Shown here: in pieces, positions 24,578 to 39,130 of the stretch
How the letters are laid out: every line of letters begins with the position of its first letter
Numbering within the stretch: the first letter of the stretch is position 1
Assembly: GCF_963921235.1 (NCBI RefSeq)
Contig: NC_086107.1
Coordinates: forward strand, 111,106,001-111,170,000
Source: Mobula hypostoma
Taxonomy: Eukaryota
Reading direction: 5' to 3'
DNA length: 64,000 nt
Notes under the pieces: model-generated
Told to the model about the DNA's origin: nothing
Databases searched by the model: none
The model's input: only the letters and a program-made list of their open reading frames with translations
Program-made: the position numbers and the translations under genes

Positions 24578-25005
24578 TAGGCTTGTACTCGCTGGAATTT
24601 AGAAAATTGAGGGGGGATCTTATTGAGACATATAAAATCCTAAAGGGATTGGACAGGCTAGATGCAGGAAGATTGTTCCCGATGTTGGGGAAGTCCAGAA
24701 CGAGGGGTCACAGTTTGAGGATAAAGGGGAAGCCTTTTAGGACCGAGATGAGGAAAAACTTCTTCACACAGAGAGTGGTGAATCTGTGGAATTCTCTGCC
24801 ACAGGAAACAGTTGAGGCCAGTTCATTGGCTATATTTAAGAGGGAGTTAGATATGGCCCTTGTGGCTAAAGGGATCAGGGGGTATGGAGGGAAGGCAGGT
24901 ACAGGGTTCTGAGTTGGATGATCAGCCATGATCATACTGAATGGCGTTGCAGGCTCAAAAGGCCAAATGGCCTACTCCTGCACCTATTTTCTATGTTTCT
25001 ATGTA
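24578..25005 (+). mobile_element. Young CR1 LINE 3' end
   Basis: Open peptide GLYSLEFRKLRGDLIETYKILKG...; near-identical to 47955-48400. Confidence 0.92.
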
Positions 25006-25014
25006 CTTTTATTT

Positions 25015-25297
25015 AGTTATTTAGAGAGATAGTATGGAACAGGCCCTTCTGGCCCAACGAACTACACCATCGAGCAACCCACCTGCTTAACCTTAGCCTA
25101 ATCACAGGACAATTTACAGTGACCAAATAACCTACATCTTTGGAATGTGGGAGGAAACTGGAGCACCCGGAGGAAACCCAGGCATTCCATAGGGAGGGCG
25201 TACAAACTCCATACAGACGGTGGCGGAATTGACCTCCGAACTCTGACGCTCTGAGCTGTAACAGCGTTGCGCTAACCGCTACGCTACGGTGGCGTCT
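25015..25297 (-). mobile_element. V-SINE/HE1-like SINE
   Basis: Well-preserved V core and tRNA head (gctaaccgctacgctacggtggcg). Similar copies at 24220-24495(-), 26370-26605(-), 36422-36730(+), 39405-39680(+), 43260-43520(-) and 52415-52695(+). Confidence 0.85.
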
Positions 25298-25999
25298 CAA
25301 CTGGTTCAGATCTGATGTCTGCATCAGTCTCTGTCTAATGTATGATACTACAACAACGTTTAATTAAAAGTGTGTTAAAGTTAATTAGCATACTAGAGAA
25401 TCATTGTAAACTGAAATCTTTCCCATGTTGGAGATGGAGACATGTCAATGAGATCACAGCTGTTCTGTACAGTGCTGAGTTACTGGACCAGTAATCCAGA
25501 AAGTACAAGATTAAACTGGTTGAAAAATCAGTTAATTAATTAAGTTCTGTCATTTAAATAAAAAATATTGAACTGCCAGGTTGTGGTTCAAACAGAAACA
25601 AAATTGCTGCAAAAACACGGTGTAATCGATTACTGTCATTAAACTGAAAGGTTAACTGAGTTTCTCTCTCATCAGATGCTGCCTGACCTGTAGAGAATTT
25701 GATTCTATTTTGGTTTTCCATCACCTGCAGGATTTTGCTTTTAAGTCATGTGCTTTGGGGAAGAATATCCTTTATCCTCACCCACTTGCAGGTGCTCTTA
25801 GTCTGGTATAGAGCAAGGTCAATCCATCTGGCTCTTAACTGTCCCCAGCTCCAAGGCAGTTAGGAATAGCTGTTAGTGTTTGGTTTTGATCTTGATGAAT
25901 TTCTGTTTACCTGAGTCAAAACAATTACACAATTAATTATTCTCAAACCTCCAAAGATTAAATTATTCCTTTGTTTTTACTGCAACAGCCAGGAAACTT

Positions 26000-26300
26000 A
26001 CTTACTGCCTGTTACGTCACTGGCATTTAGGGCAGCAATGAAGGTCCTTCATCTCTGCCTGTCCTTGGCGACACTGTCGCACTCAAATATAGTTGTTTCC
26101 AAAACAGTTTTGTTTGACCAGTCAGGGTTGTTAGCCCCATGCTGAGCTCTTCAACCTGGTGGTCCGGTGGACCACTCCTAGTATGGCCTCTAACCTCTGA
26201 CCTGTTTGACCCTACCAAGAGCCAAAGCATAAGGCCTTGACTCCAGTCAGCATAGTTCTCTGGGCTTTGAGGCACGCAAACCTCCAAACCCTACTGCAAG
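26000..26300 (-). mobile_element. RTE-derived non-autonomous element
   Basis: Minus strand cagagatgaaggaccttcattgctgccctaaatgcc (RTE ORF end) joined to RTE-like 5' sequence; second copy at 55335-55655. Confidence 0.6.
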
Positions 26301-27624
26301 GTAGGAATAGAGAAGAAAGTCTTCGTTCAGTTATTCTTGTCATAGCGTGACTTTTTAATATTTTATTTGTTTAGAGATACAACGCAGAGTGGGCCCTTCT
26401 GGCCCTTTGAGCCGTGCTACCCCACTGACAATCCCGACATAACCCGAACCCAATCATGGGACAGTCCACAGTGACGTCTTTGGACTGTGAGAGGAAACTG
26501 GAGTACTGGGGCAAGCCCATGCATTCCACAGGGAGGCCGTACAGACTCCTTACAGAGGATGTTGGGGTTGAACTCTGAACTCTGACCCCCTGCTACCATG
26601 GCACCCAAATATTACCAGTACCTCAAATTATTACCAGAATTTAAAAGAGTTCCAATAATATTCTGATGTATTTTTTTCTCTTCTCCACCCAAAGCCTATT
26701 TATTACAAGGTACAGTACAGTGTCCAGTGTGTTTATATTCCTCTTAATATGACCTCTTTCGAAACAATAGAAAGTTGCAGCAGTCTTGGCGAAGAGGTGA
26801 AGCTATCAAGATCACTAAGGATGAGGGGATCCCTGGAGTGATGGCGCGGAGCGTTTGAGCCTTAACTCCTAATTCTCAGGGACAAGGCATGGTTCATTAC
26901 CTGGGGCAAGTTCGATACAAGGACAGACTACCTTTGACAGCTGCTTGGGACGGGGAGAAAACATCACTTGCAAGGTTGACTGATTCAAATCAGGTGCTTG
27001 GGAGAAGTCAGTGCACAGCGCTGAGGGCAAACTCTGTTCTTTGACAGAAAGGATAGAACCCGTAGTTGGTGGCTTGTTGCCACAGACAGGCCATCAGTGT
27101 GGAACCAAGACCCTGGTTGCCACGCGAGTTCCCCAGGGCTGGAAGTAGAGCAATGACGGCTGACTTTCCTCATCTTCGGTGTCAGAGGAATGACACGGGA
27201 CACACGTGATAAACAAATAAAAAGAAAGGCAGCACATCTTGGAACTGGGATCCACTTCCTATATTTCTCACAGCATGGACCTCATCGAACGTTTCCATGA
27301 AACCATAGGATATAGGACCAGACCGGCCATTCAGCCCATCAGGTCGAATCTAATCATAGCTGATTACATTTTCAAATCCCATTCTCTTGCCTTCTCCCCA
27401 TAATGCTTACCACAAGAACCTATCAATCTCTGCTTTAGATACACCTGAGGACTTGGCCTCCATAGCCCACAATATCCTCTAACTTCTGGCTGAAGAGATT
27501 CCTCCTTGTCTGAGTTTACCTCAGTTTTAAAGGGATAGCCCTTTAGTACATGTCCTTGGATCATAAAATCTCTTATTTATTAAATGCATAGAACATAGAA
27601 CAGTGCAGCACAGTACAGGCCTCG

Positions 27625-27870
27625 ACTGTCCACCCTGTTCCGCGATGCCTCATATGCCAGGGTGTTGTTCCTTGACTTCAGCTCAGCATCAAACATGATC
27701 ATCTCTCAGAGGCCAGTGGGAAAACCGTCCTCACTGGGACTGTAACAGGATCTTGGACTTGTTGGCAGAAAGACCCCAGTCAGCCTGAGGTAGTAGCAAC
27801 ATCTCAAGCTCCATCACGCTGAGCACTGGTGCCCCCCCAGGGCCGTGTGCTCAGCTCGCTGCTGTTCGCT
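27625..27870 (+). mobile_element. L2/Rex-Babar-like reverse transcriptase fragment
   Basis: YARVLFLDFSSA...SITLSTGAPQG.VLS remnants. Confidence 0.7.
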
Positions 27871-29554
27871 AACTAACTCACGCATCAGTGGCTGTTAGTG
27901 AAACTGGCCCACAGTTTTCTGATTTCTCTCTCACTTGTTTGAATAGAATATTTGGATCTCCCAGTGCCTCCGTGACATCTCTAGAATCCAAGGAGTTTTG
28001 GTAAGTTCCATCGCTTCCTATAAGATCCTAGATGCAGGTTGTCAAGTCCAACAATGTCACCTTTTAGTTGCTTTAGTCTGCCTTGTATTTTTTCTCATGA
28101 AATTCCCTCACTTCAGCCATTGATTAAATATTCTAATTACAATAATTTTCGTGTCTTCCAGTGTGGTCAATCCAAAAGCAAGTGCTCATAACCTCTGCCA
28201 TTTCCCCAGTTCCATGATTAATTCCTCTATCTCTGCCTCTTAGGGAACAGCATTTACGTAGGCTACTCTCTTCTTAAATACCTGTGGAAGCTCTTAAATG
28301 GTTCAGCATGGACTAGATGGGCTGAAGGGCCTGTTTCACTGCTGTACTTTTCTACGGCTCAGTAACTCAGAGAAAGAAAGCCAACACGTCCATGCCGACC
28401 AAAATGTCCACTTAAGCTAGTCCTATTTTTCCATGTTTGGCCCATATCTTCCTAAATCCCTCCTTTCCATGTACCTGTCCAGGTGTGCTTTATATGTTAT
28501 CATTTCACTTGCACCAATCACATCCTCTGGCATCTCATTCACCACCTCCTGTCTGAAGAGCTTTGTCCCTAACGTCTCTCGCAGCTTTCCCCTCTCACCT
28601 TCAACCTGCATCCTCTAAACCTGCATCTTTTCCCCCTGAGGTTGTGGGTTAAAGATGAAAGGTGCAAAGTTTAAAGGGAGCATCTTCACTCAGAGGGTGA
28701 ACCGAACTGCCAGCGGATGTGGTGGATGTGGGTTCGATTTCAACACTTAAGAGAATTTTGGATCGGCAAATGGATGGGATGGGTATAGAGGGCTATGGTT
28801 TAGGTGCAGGTAGATGGGACTAGGCATGGAGTAGATGGGCTGAAGGGCCTGTTTTGTGCTGTAGTCTTCTATGATGCTGTAATTGTGGACTTTTTCTTGC
28901 TGACCTGACAGTCTTCTGCAGTTTTTGCACATCACAAGAGGGCGCTGCACCAAACCAGACTGTAAGGGCTGATGTGAGGCTGCTCTCGATGATGGCAGTG
29001 GAGAATTGCACCAGCACGCTCTAGGGAAGTTGGAAGGTTTCTTTGTTTTAGTTATTAATCAAAGCTTGAATTAACACTGACGTGAGACAGCTCAGCTAGA
29101 CTGAGGCAGCCTCTTTAATGTTTGAAACACAAGGAAAGAAGCAGCATCTGTGGAGGCAAAGGGTGTAAGCTGATGTTTCAAGCCGAGACCCTGCATCAGG
29201 ACTTGCTGAGTTCTTTCAGAGTTCTGCCTTTTCAGTCCAGCCTCCTTCGTCTTCAAGCTCTGTGGCATTTCAGCCTTTCTGAGGTGACTGAAGCTACAGT
29301 CAGAGAGACATAGAATCCCACAGCACAGAAGCAGAACGTTCCACCCAAATGGTCCATGCTGACCAAGTTTTCCCATCTAAGCTCGTCCAAATTTCCCATA
29401 TTTGGATCATATCCAACTCTGCCATAGACTACCAAAAGAGGAGAGTTGGACATGGCACCAGCAACCCCATTCCATAAAAACCCAGAGCTATGAAAATGAC
29501 AACAGAAGCTCTGGAAACCTCATCCCTGGGAGAGGAGGGGTTTTCGCGGATGGG

Positions 29555-30165
29555 CTTTGAGTAGAGGAGTTGGGACGTAATGTTGAAATTGTATAAGGCA
29601 TTGGTGAGGCCAAATTTGGAGTATTGTGTACAGTTCTGGTCACTGAATTATAGGAAAGATGTCAATAAAATTGAGAGAGTACAGAGGAGGTGAACTAAAA
29701 TGTTGCCTGGGTTTCATCTCCTAAGTTACAGAGAAAGGTTGAACAAGTTAGGTCTTTATTCTTTGGAGCGTAGAAGGTTGACGGGGGACTTGATAGAGGT
29801 GTTTAAAATTATGAGGGGGATAGATAGAGTTGACGTGGATAGGCTTTTTCCATTGAGAGTGGGGGAGATTCAAACAAGAGGACATGAGTTGAGAGTTAAA
29901 GGGAAAAAGTTTAGGGGTAACATGAGGGGGAACTTCTTTACTCAGAGAGTGGTAGCTGTGTGGAACGAGCTTCCAGCAGAAGTGGTTGAGGCAGGTTCGA
30001 TGTTGTCGTTTAAAGTTAAATTGGACAGATATATGGACAGGAAAGGAATGGAGGGTTATGGACTGAGTGCGGGTCATTGGGACTAGGAGAGAGTAAGAGT
30101 TTGGCACGAACTAGAAGGGCCGAGATGGCCTGTTTCTGTGCTGTAATTGTTATCTGGTTATATAT
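29555..30165 (+). mobile_element. CR1 LINE 3' portion
   Basis: LYKALVRPNLEYCVQFW...LSYRERLNKLGLYSLERRRL..; same subfamily as the - strand copy at 35560-35840. Confidence 0.9.
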
Positions 30166-30684
30166 GGCTACACCTGAGACAACTTGAGGGTCTGGGCTAG
30201 GCGAGCTGCTGTCGGAGACTTACACTCCAATCGAGGTGACAGGCTTAAGTTAAGTAAGTGGCTCACGTACCTTTCAACCTCTCCTATCCATGCACTGTAG
30301 CTGTCCAAGTACCTTATAAATGTTACTATCGTACCTGCCCCAACAACTTGCTCTGGCAGAGCATTCCATAAATGGAAAAAGTTGCCCCTCGGGTTCCTGT
30401 CCAATCTCTCCTCTCTCGCCATAAACAAATTAGGCCCTTTAGTTCTTCATTCCACAGTCCTAGGAGAAAAAGACTGCGTACATTCACCATATTGATGGCC
30501 CTTATGATTTTATCGATTCTGTGCTCTTTCATTATTCTATTATGGTTATTAAAATCCATTATGGATTTATAGAATATGCCTACAAGAAAATGAATCTCAG
30601 GGTGACATATATGTACTTCGATAATAAATTTACTTTGAACTTTGGATCAAGGATCAACTTTATTCACCATATGCATTTATAGAT

Positions 30685-31935
30685 TTGGCAATGTCATCTA
30701 AAACTTGGATAAACTTCTGTAGGTACACAGTGGAGAATCTGACGATCACGGTCTGGTACAGAAACACCAATGCCCCAGAACAGAAAAGCCTTCAGAGGCT
30801 GTCACTGAGTACATCAACTTATTTTCTGTTACTTATCTATGTAATACTGTTTTTTATTATTACTGTCTTGTTTTTATCTACCGCTTTATTTAATTGCCTG
30901 AGAGGAAGCCAAACAGAGTTTCATTGTACCTATGTACAATGACAATAAAGATCATTCAGTTCAATTCAATCCACAATGGTTGTTGCCACCAGAAAGCAGC
31001 ATCTATCATCAAGGGCCCCCACCGTCCATTGTTTGCTCTCTGCTTGCTGCTGCCATTGGGAAGGAGGTACAGGAGCCTATGGTCTCACACCACCAGGTTC
31101 ACAGGAGCCTCAGGTCCCACACCACCAGGTTCAGGAACAGTTATTACCCCCCAGCCGTCAGGCTCCTGAACCAGAGTGGATAACCTTACTCACCTTGACA
31201 CTGAACTGATCCCACAACCGATGGACTCACTTTCTTTTTTTAAAATTCAAATTTTATTATTTTTTACAGTATTCTTATTTTACAAAGCAGCACAGCATAT
31301 GACAGAGCAGATACAGTACAGGATATCTACACAGCCGTCCTACGGACTCACTTTCAAGGATTCTAAAACTTACGTTCCTCATGTTATTTATTTATCTATC
31401 TATCTATCTATTTATTTATTCACTCATTCATCCACCCATTTTTGATTGATTGATTGGTTGATTGTACTTGCACGATTTGTTTTCCAAGTAAATTTCAAAG
31501 CTTCTAAGATTCAAAAAACTTTATTGTCATTCTAACCGTACATCAGCTCTGCAGGGCAGAATGAGACAGCGTTTCTCAGGGGCAGTGCAATCATAACATA
31601 ACAAACGCAACACTAAATAATAAACATAACAATAAATAGTAAAACACAACAGCCACATGTCAGTTAAAATCAGTTATAAGTGTCCAGTGCAAGTTAAAAG
31701 TGTCCAAAGCAGAGTCAGGTAGAGCAGCTATTTAGCAGTCTGACTGCCTGTGGGAGGAAGCTGTTTAGTAGCCTTGTGGTTTTAGTTTTGATGCTCCTGT
31801 AACGTTTGCCTGATGGCAGAAGAACAAACAGTTCATGGAGAGGGTGTGAGGGGTCTTTAATGATGTACCGTGTCTTCTGGAGGCATCGACTCTGAAAGAG
31901 GTCTTGGACAGAAGGTAAGGAGACCCCAATAACCT
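30685..31935. mobile_element. L2/Rex-like LINE 3' fragments (+ 30685-31260, - 31500-31935)
   Basis: NFCRYTVE..ITVWY.N and KAASIIKGPH..LLPLGRRYRSL..TTRFRNSY peptides. Confidence 0.7.
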
Positions 31936-32589
31936 TCTTTATTATCAGAGTACATATATGTCACCATATACAACCCTGAGATTCATTTTCCTTCTTTAGA
32001 TTTACTCAGCAATCTATAGAACAGTAACTATAACAGGATCAACCAGAGTGCAGAAGACAACAAACTGTGCAAATGCAAATATAAATAAATAGCAATAAAT
32101 AATGAGAACATGAGATAATGAGATAAAGAGTCCTTAAAGCGAGTTCATTGTTTGTGGGAATGTCTCAATGGATGGGCAAGTGAGTGTAATTATCCCCTTT
32201 TGTTCAAGAGCCTGATGGTTGTAGAGTAGTAACAGTTCCTGAACCTGGTGGTGTGAGTCCTGAGGCCCTTGTACATTGGTTGTTGGTCAGTGCTTGTGCG
32301 TAGTTTTTCATTGATGCTATTGTACTTTTTGTTCCACTGTGAATGCCTGCAAGGAATTGAATTCCAGGGAAGTATGTGGTGACATGTATGTATGTGATAA
32401 TAAATTTACTTGGAACTTTGAATTCAATGAACTGGGAAATTCTTGTGGTACGTTGGCACTATATGCAACAAAAACGGCAATTAACAATTACACAGAATAA
32501 ACAGTAATATAAAAATAAAGTTTGATGTACAGATATGGATTAATGAGTATATTAACAATTATTCAACTGTGAAATAACAGTTACTCACC

Positions 32590-33175
32590 TCTATAAAAGG
32601 AAGGATGTATTGTTGAAGCTTTATAAAGCACTGATGAAACCTCACTTGGACTATTGTGAGCAGTTTTGCGCCCCTTATCTAAGAAAGGATGTGCTGACAT
32701 TGGAGAGGGTTCAAAGGAGGTTTATGAAAATGATTCTGGGATTAAAAGACTTGTCATATGAGGAGCGTTTGATGACTCTGGGCCTCTATTCACCAGAATT
32801 CAGAAGAATGAGGGGTGACCTCACTGAATCCTATTGAATGTTGATAGAGTGGATGTGGAGAGGATGTTTCCTATGGTGGGGAAAGTCTAAGACCAGAGGA
32901 CACAGCCTCAGAACAGAGGGAAGTCCTTTTAGAACAGAGTTGAGGGGGAATTTCTTTAACCAGAGGCTGGTGAATCTGTGGAATCTGTTGCCCCAAATCG
33001 CTGTGGAGGTCAAGTCATTTAAGGCAGATTTTTGATTAGTCAGGGCATGAAGGGATACAGGGAGAAAGCAGGAGCCTGGGGCTGACAGGGAGAATGAATC
33101 AGCCATGATAAAATGGTGGAGCAGATTCAAAGGGCCAAATGACCCAATTCTGTTTCTATATCTTACAGTCTTATA
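32590..33175 (+). mobile_element. CR1 LINE 3' fragment
   Basis: LYKALMKPHLDYCEQFCAPYLRKDVLTLERVQRRF. Confidence 0.88.
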
Positions 33176-34024
33176 AGATCGCCTCTCAGAATGTTTAAAC
33201 CTCTCACTGGTCCCTGCCTGCAAGGTAATGCTGTCAGAGTGAGGAAGGGAAAATAGGCAAAGGTCTCTGCCCACAGGAGCTGGTTCACATTGAATTTCTC
33301 AGTATGATATATTTACCTTCTTTATATTTGCACAGTTTGTCTCCTTATGCACATTGCTTGTTTGTCGGTCTTTGTTTGTGTGTAGTTTTTCATTGATTCC
33401 ATTGTATTCCTTTGTTCTGCTATGAACAATTGCAAGAAAGTGAATCCCAAGGTAGTATACGGTAACAGATTATTATTCCTCTCTGCACCTTGTTATTCCT
33501 CACTGGGCGACAACCTTGCCAGGTTTTTTTTTAGCATTTTGTCTGTTATTTTACGAGGCCGAGTTGCTAGCTCGACGCTCAACCCAGCTCGGATGGAACG
33601 CGTGCAAGGGGCCGGCCGGATTCGAACCCAGGACCACTCGCCTCGTGGTCCGGTGCTGCTACTGCTACACCACCAGCCGGTATACACGGCCACATATATG
33701 TACGCTGGCAATAAATGTACTTCGAACTTCGAATAATCCTCAACGCAGCTACAGCAGAATTATCAAAGGCTGGAAGATTTTACTGGGCACTTTAACACTT
33801 TGGACCACAAACACAACACTGAAAAGATGTTTTTCTTTAGCATAAATGAGATGTGCATAAGATGGAACTGTGACCTTTGACGGTCTCTTGCGCAGAATAC
33901 CTGTGTGTTCACTCTGTGCATTAGCATTCAGCAGAACTGCTCTCTGCTCTCACTCAGGTTGTGTCCACACTCTGAGTTCAACATCCACATCTATCATCAA
34001 AGCATGGATATATTTTTTTAGACA

Positions 34025-36335
34025 TCTATAACGCATTACAGGTCCTTTGGCCCACAATGCTGTGCTGACCATGTTACCTACTCTGTCTAGAATTTTCCTA
34101 CAGCAGAGCCCTCTATTTTTCTAAGCTCCATGTACCTTTGTAAGAGTCTCTTAAGAGACCCTGTTGTATCCGCCTCCACCACTGTGTGTAAGACTGACCC
34201 CTGACATCCCCTTTGTGCCTACTTCCAAGCACCTTAAAACTATGCCCCCTCGTGATAGCCATTTCAGCCCTGGGAAAAAGCCTCTGGCTATCCACACGAT
34301 CATCTTGTACACCTCGATCAGGTCACGTCTCATCTCATTCTCTGTCACTCCAAGGAGAAAAGGCCAAGTTCACTCACCCGAATTCTCATAAGGTACGCCC
34401 GCCAATCCAGGCAACGTCCTTGTAAATCTCCTCTGCACAACTAATGGATGGTTGCGTTGACGGGACGTGTCACCTGAGATTCGTTTTCTTGCAGGCATTC
34501 GTGGGAAAACAAGGAATCAATGAAAAACTGCACCCAAAGACTGACAAACAACCAATATACAAAAGAAGACAGACTGTGCAACTAAAACACAACAAACAAA
34601 TAAATAAATAATACGGAGAACATGACTTTGTAGAGTCCTTGGTCGTGAGTCCACAGTTTGTGGAATCACTTGAGTATTGAGGTGAGTGAAGTTATTCACA
34701 CTGGTTCAGGAGCCTGATAGTCTGCCTTCCTTGGCAGCATGCATTTTCAGTTTTTTTTTAAAGTTTAGGAACAGATTGCTTAATCCATGGAAGAGGGGGA
34801 AGCCCTTTAACACCTTGACCCTGATGGCCAGTTAGATCATTGTGCCTTCGTCAATGGAGAGTCCAAAACCCAGAAAACTGCCCCTGACCACATTGGTATT
34901 GACTTATTATTGTCACAGTGAAAGGCTTGTCTTGCATACTGCTCATACAGATCAGATCATTACACAGTGCATTGAGGTAGAACAAGGTAAAGGAGTATCA
35001 ATGCAGAGTAGAGTGTTACAGCTACAGAGAAAGTGCAGCGCAGGTAGGCAATAAAGTGCAAGATCGCAACGAGGTAGATCGTGAGGTCACGAGTCTACCT
35101 TATCGTACAAGAGGCCCATTCAGAGTCTGATGACAGTGGGCTAGAATCTGTCCTTTAGCCTGGTGGTTCATGCTTTCAGACTTTTGAATCTTCCTTCTGG
35201 TGGAAGCGGGGAGAAGAGAGAACGTCTGGGGTGGGCAGGGTCTCTGATGATGCCGGCTGCTTTACCGAGACAGCAAGAAGTGTAGACGGAGTCCATGGAG
35301 GGAAGGGTTGCACCAACGTTCGAGACTCATACAGTTACACAGAGCACAAACGGACCTTCTGGTCGAGCACGTCCATTCTGACCGTGACGTCTAAGCCAAT
35401 GGAAATCCGGGTTCATGGACCCCTTGCTTGTCCATGACATTAAAAAAAAAGGTTGAAACTCCTGCTCTAAACATTTCTTATCCATATAGAGCATAGAACA
35501 GTACAGGACAGGAACAGGTCCTTCGGCCCACAATGTTGCGCTGAAACAGCTGAAAAGTAAATAACCATATAACAATTACAGCACGGAAACAGGCCATCTT
35601 AGCCCTTCTAGTCCGTGCCGAACTCTTACTCTCACCTAGTCCCATCTACCTGCACTCAGCCCATAACCTTCCATTCCTTTCCTGTCCATATACCTATCCA
35701 ATTTTTTTTAAATGACGTGATCGAACCTGCCTCAACCACGTCTGCTGGAAGCTCGTTCCACACAGCTACCACTCTCTGAGTAAAGAAGTTCCCCCTCGTG
35801 TTACCCCTAAACTTTTGCCCCTTAACTCGCAATTCATGTCCAACCCTCCCCAAGAAAAACCAATCCCTCCTACCTCCACCATGTCCATATCCCTCCATCT
35901 TCCTCACATTCACATGCCTATCTAAACACCTCTTAAAAGCCTCTAATATATTTGCCTCTACCAGGCATCCACCACTCTGAGTGAAAAACTTACCCCCTCT
36001 CACCTTCAATGCATGCCCTCTGGAACTGGACATTTCTACCCTGGGAAAAAGATACTCCGTGACTATGCCTCTCATAACCTTATAATCCTCTATCAGATCT
36101 CCCCTCAGCCTCCGACACTCCAGAGAAAACAATCCTCAGTTTATCCAGACTCTCGTGACAACACACATGCTCTAAACCAGGCAGCATCCCAGTAAACCTC
36201 TTCTGCACCCTCTCCAAAACCTCAATATCCTTCCTATAGTGGGGTGACCGGGACTGTGTGCAATACTCCAGATGTGGCCTCACCAGAGTTCTGTAAAGTT
36301 GCAACGTAACCTCCTGAGGTTTGAACTCAATAGCT
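34025..36335 (-). mobile_element. Minus-strand CR1 fragments (34025-34437; 35490-36335 with a younger CR1 end nested at 35560-35840)
   Basis: QLYRTLVRPHLEYCTQ..., FSLECRRLRGDLIE... peptides; the interval also holds other LINE tails. Confidence 0.75.
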
Positions 36336-36884
36336 CAGAATGTACCTGTCCAATATCTTTTTAAATGTTGTAACTGTACCCACATCTCCAGCTTCCTCTG
36401 GGAACTGAGAAAGGATAAATCGGGATGGCCCAGTAGCATAGCGGTAAGCGTAAGGCTATTAGAGCGAGGGCCCTTAAGATTGGGGTTTAAATTTAGCCGC
36501 TGCCTGTGAGGTGTTTGTATGTTCTCCCTGTGACTGCCTGGGTTTCCTCAACACGCTCCGATTTCCAAAGGTGAACGGTTAGGGTTAGTGAGTTGTGGGC
36601 ATACTATGTTGGTGCTTACGCCTGAAGACAATTGCAGGCTACCTAGCATAATCCTCGCTGACTTGATTTGACACAGATGACTCGTTTTGATGTACATGTG
36701 ATAAATAAAGTTAATTTTATCTTAAGCTAATCTTATCTCTGGCAGCCCTGGATTTGCTTGCTGCAGCCGCCCAGGAGCGGAGACACAGAGGTGGTGTGGG
36801 AGAACCTCTGTCGGCCATGCTGGAATCCATACTGGCTTGGGGACTGGCCCTCCCATTGGTGTTGCCCTCTAGTGTCCACTTGGA

Positions 36885-37050
36885 GCAGCCCTCCGGTGTT
36901 CGCTCAGTGCTGCCCTCTGGTGTTCACTCAGTGCTGCCCGCCAGTGTTCGCTCAGTGCTGCCCTCTGGTGTTCACTCGGTGCTGCCCTCTGGTGTTCACT
37001 TGGTGCTGCTCTCCAGTGTTTGCTCAGTGCTGCCCTCCCATGTTCACTTT
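36885..37050 (+). repeat. 24-bp minisatellite (6-7 copies)
   Basis: Unit gtgctgccctctggtgttcactca. Confidence 0.9.
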
Positions 37051-37689
37051 GGTGGAAGAACAAGCTGGACCAGTCCTACTTGCCATAAATCTAGAGTCAT
37101 ATCACTCAGGGACTTGGGCTATATTATTATTTTCTTTGTGACTATATGTTTTTCTGAAATCAAAACCATGTGTGCCATTTGTGCTATGTGCTATGTGCTG
37201 TTGGTAATGTGCTTTGAATAATTAAACTTGAAAAGAACCTTAAGGCCAGCTTTCAGCCTTCTTGACTCCAGGCTGAACAGTCCCACCCATCTTACTTATT
37301 CTTCCCTGATATGTATGTTAGAGATTCTGTTCTCTTCAAGCTACCAGGATTTCAATTCTCTGGAACATATACAAGGTTTGCTACTCTGTGCAATGCTCAC
37401 AAGGTCATTGTTCGTTGAATTATACAGGACTAAGGCTCCGGCACCTTCCCAAGGGTAATCAAGGGTGACAGGGATTAAATGCTAGACTTACCAGAGATGC
37501 CTATCTCCACGAAATGAATAAAACAAAAATCAATTTTCTTCTTCAGAGGAAAGGCAGCCTCCTGAATGCTCTGCACGACGGGTTGACCAGCCAGTGAGTG
37601 GACTCCCCTGGGATGTTTCCGATCAGGCCAGTCATAAACCAGCTATAGTCGACTCCAGAGACTGTGCAATACATAAAAGAATTACTATA

Positions 37690-38430
37690 ATTTACAGCAG
37701 GAATATGAACAAGGAGTGTAAAAAGAGTGAGGTGGTGCCCAGAGGTTCGTTGTCTGTTCAGAAATCTGATGGCGGAGGGAGGGGAAGAAGCTGTTCCTAA
37801 AACACTGAGTGTGTGTCCTCAGGGTCTGGTACCTTCTCCCCGATGGTAGCAATGAGAAGAGGGAATGCCCTGGATGGTTAGGGTCCTTAATGATGACTGC
37901 AGCCTTTTTGATGCATCGCCTTCTCAAAATGTCCTGGATGCTGGGGGGGCTAGTGCCCCTGATGGAGCTGGATCCTGTGCACTGATGCTTCCATACCAGG
38001 TGGGGATACAACTAGTCAGAGCACAGTACACCTGGAGCAGTTCACTCAAGTCTTTGGTGATATATCAGATCTCCTCAAGCACTACTGAAGTATACCTGCT
38101 GGCACGTCTTCTCAGTAATTGTATCAATATATTGGGCCCAGGATAGATCTTTAGGGATGTTGACGCCCAGGAACTCAAAGCTGCTGATCCCTCAATGAGG
38201 ACTAGTGTCTGTTCTCCTGACCTTCCACTTCCTGAAGTCCACAGTTAACTCTTTAGTCTTACCGACACTGAGTGCAAGGTTGTTGTGGTGACTCCACTGA
38301 ACCAGCTGATCTATCTCACTCTTCCTGGTCACCATCTGAGATTCGGGCCAACGACAGTTGTGCCTTTGGCGGATTTATAGATGGCGTTTGAGATGTGCCT
38401 GGCCACACGGTCATCAGTAGAGCAATGGAA
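37690..38430 (-). mobile_element. L2/Rex-like LINE fragment
   Basis: PSIQDILRRRCIKKAAVIIKDPNHPGHSLFSLLPSGRRY and ..KSAKGTTVVG peptides. Confidence 0.75.
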
Positions 38431-38649
38431 GTAAGTTGGTGAAGTGGAAGGAAGGAATGTTGATACTCTGGAAATAATGTCTCTCTCACCTCCGTGCAGA
38501 CACAGAGATAATGCCAGTTCCTCAGTTCCACAATGGGTGCTCTTGGGAGCACTATCTCTGTCCAATATTCCCAGCCGCCTGCTGTGACCAGGCTCGTGAG
38601 CTGTGCTATTCTGCCCTTAACCTCCTCTACCTTTCAGCTGCTGCCCCCC

Positions 38650-39130
38650 TCATTATGGGAAGGATGTGGAAGCTTTAGAGAGGGTGAAGAGGAGATTAGC
38701 CTGGATTAGAGAGCATGCCACACGAGGATAGGATGAGAGAGTTAGGAATTTTCTCTTTGGAGCGAAGGAGGCTGAGAGGAGAATTGATAGAGGTATGTAT
38801 GATGATAACAGGAATAGCTGGAGAGGAAAACCAGAGAAGTTTTCCCAGAGCAGAAATAGGTAATACAAAGGGAGAAAAATTTAAGGTGATTGGATGGGGG
38901 GGGGCGGGGGGGATGTCAGAGGTAGGTTTTTCTCACCTAGAATAGTAGGTGATGGAAAGTGCTGGTAGAGGCAGATAAATTAGGGACATTTAAGAGACTC
39001 TTAAATAGGCATATGGATGAAAGAAAAATAGAAGGTTATGTGGGATGGAAGAGTTGGATTGATCTTAGAGTAGACTAAAGGGATGGCACAACATTATGGG
39101 CTGAATGGCCTGTATACTGTTCTATGTTCT
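38650..39130 (+). mobile_element. CR1 LINE 3' fragment
   Basis: ELGIFSLERRRLRGELIEV peptide and ttctatgttct tail. Confidence 0.85.

Noticed and set aside
36754..37221. Repetitive Cys/Pro-rich ORFs, or a CRISPR-like array
   Set aside because: Translation of a 24-bp minisatellite with no unique spacers; eukaryotic context.
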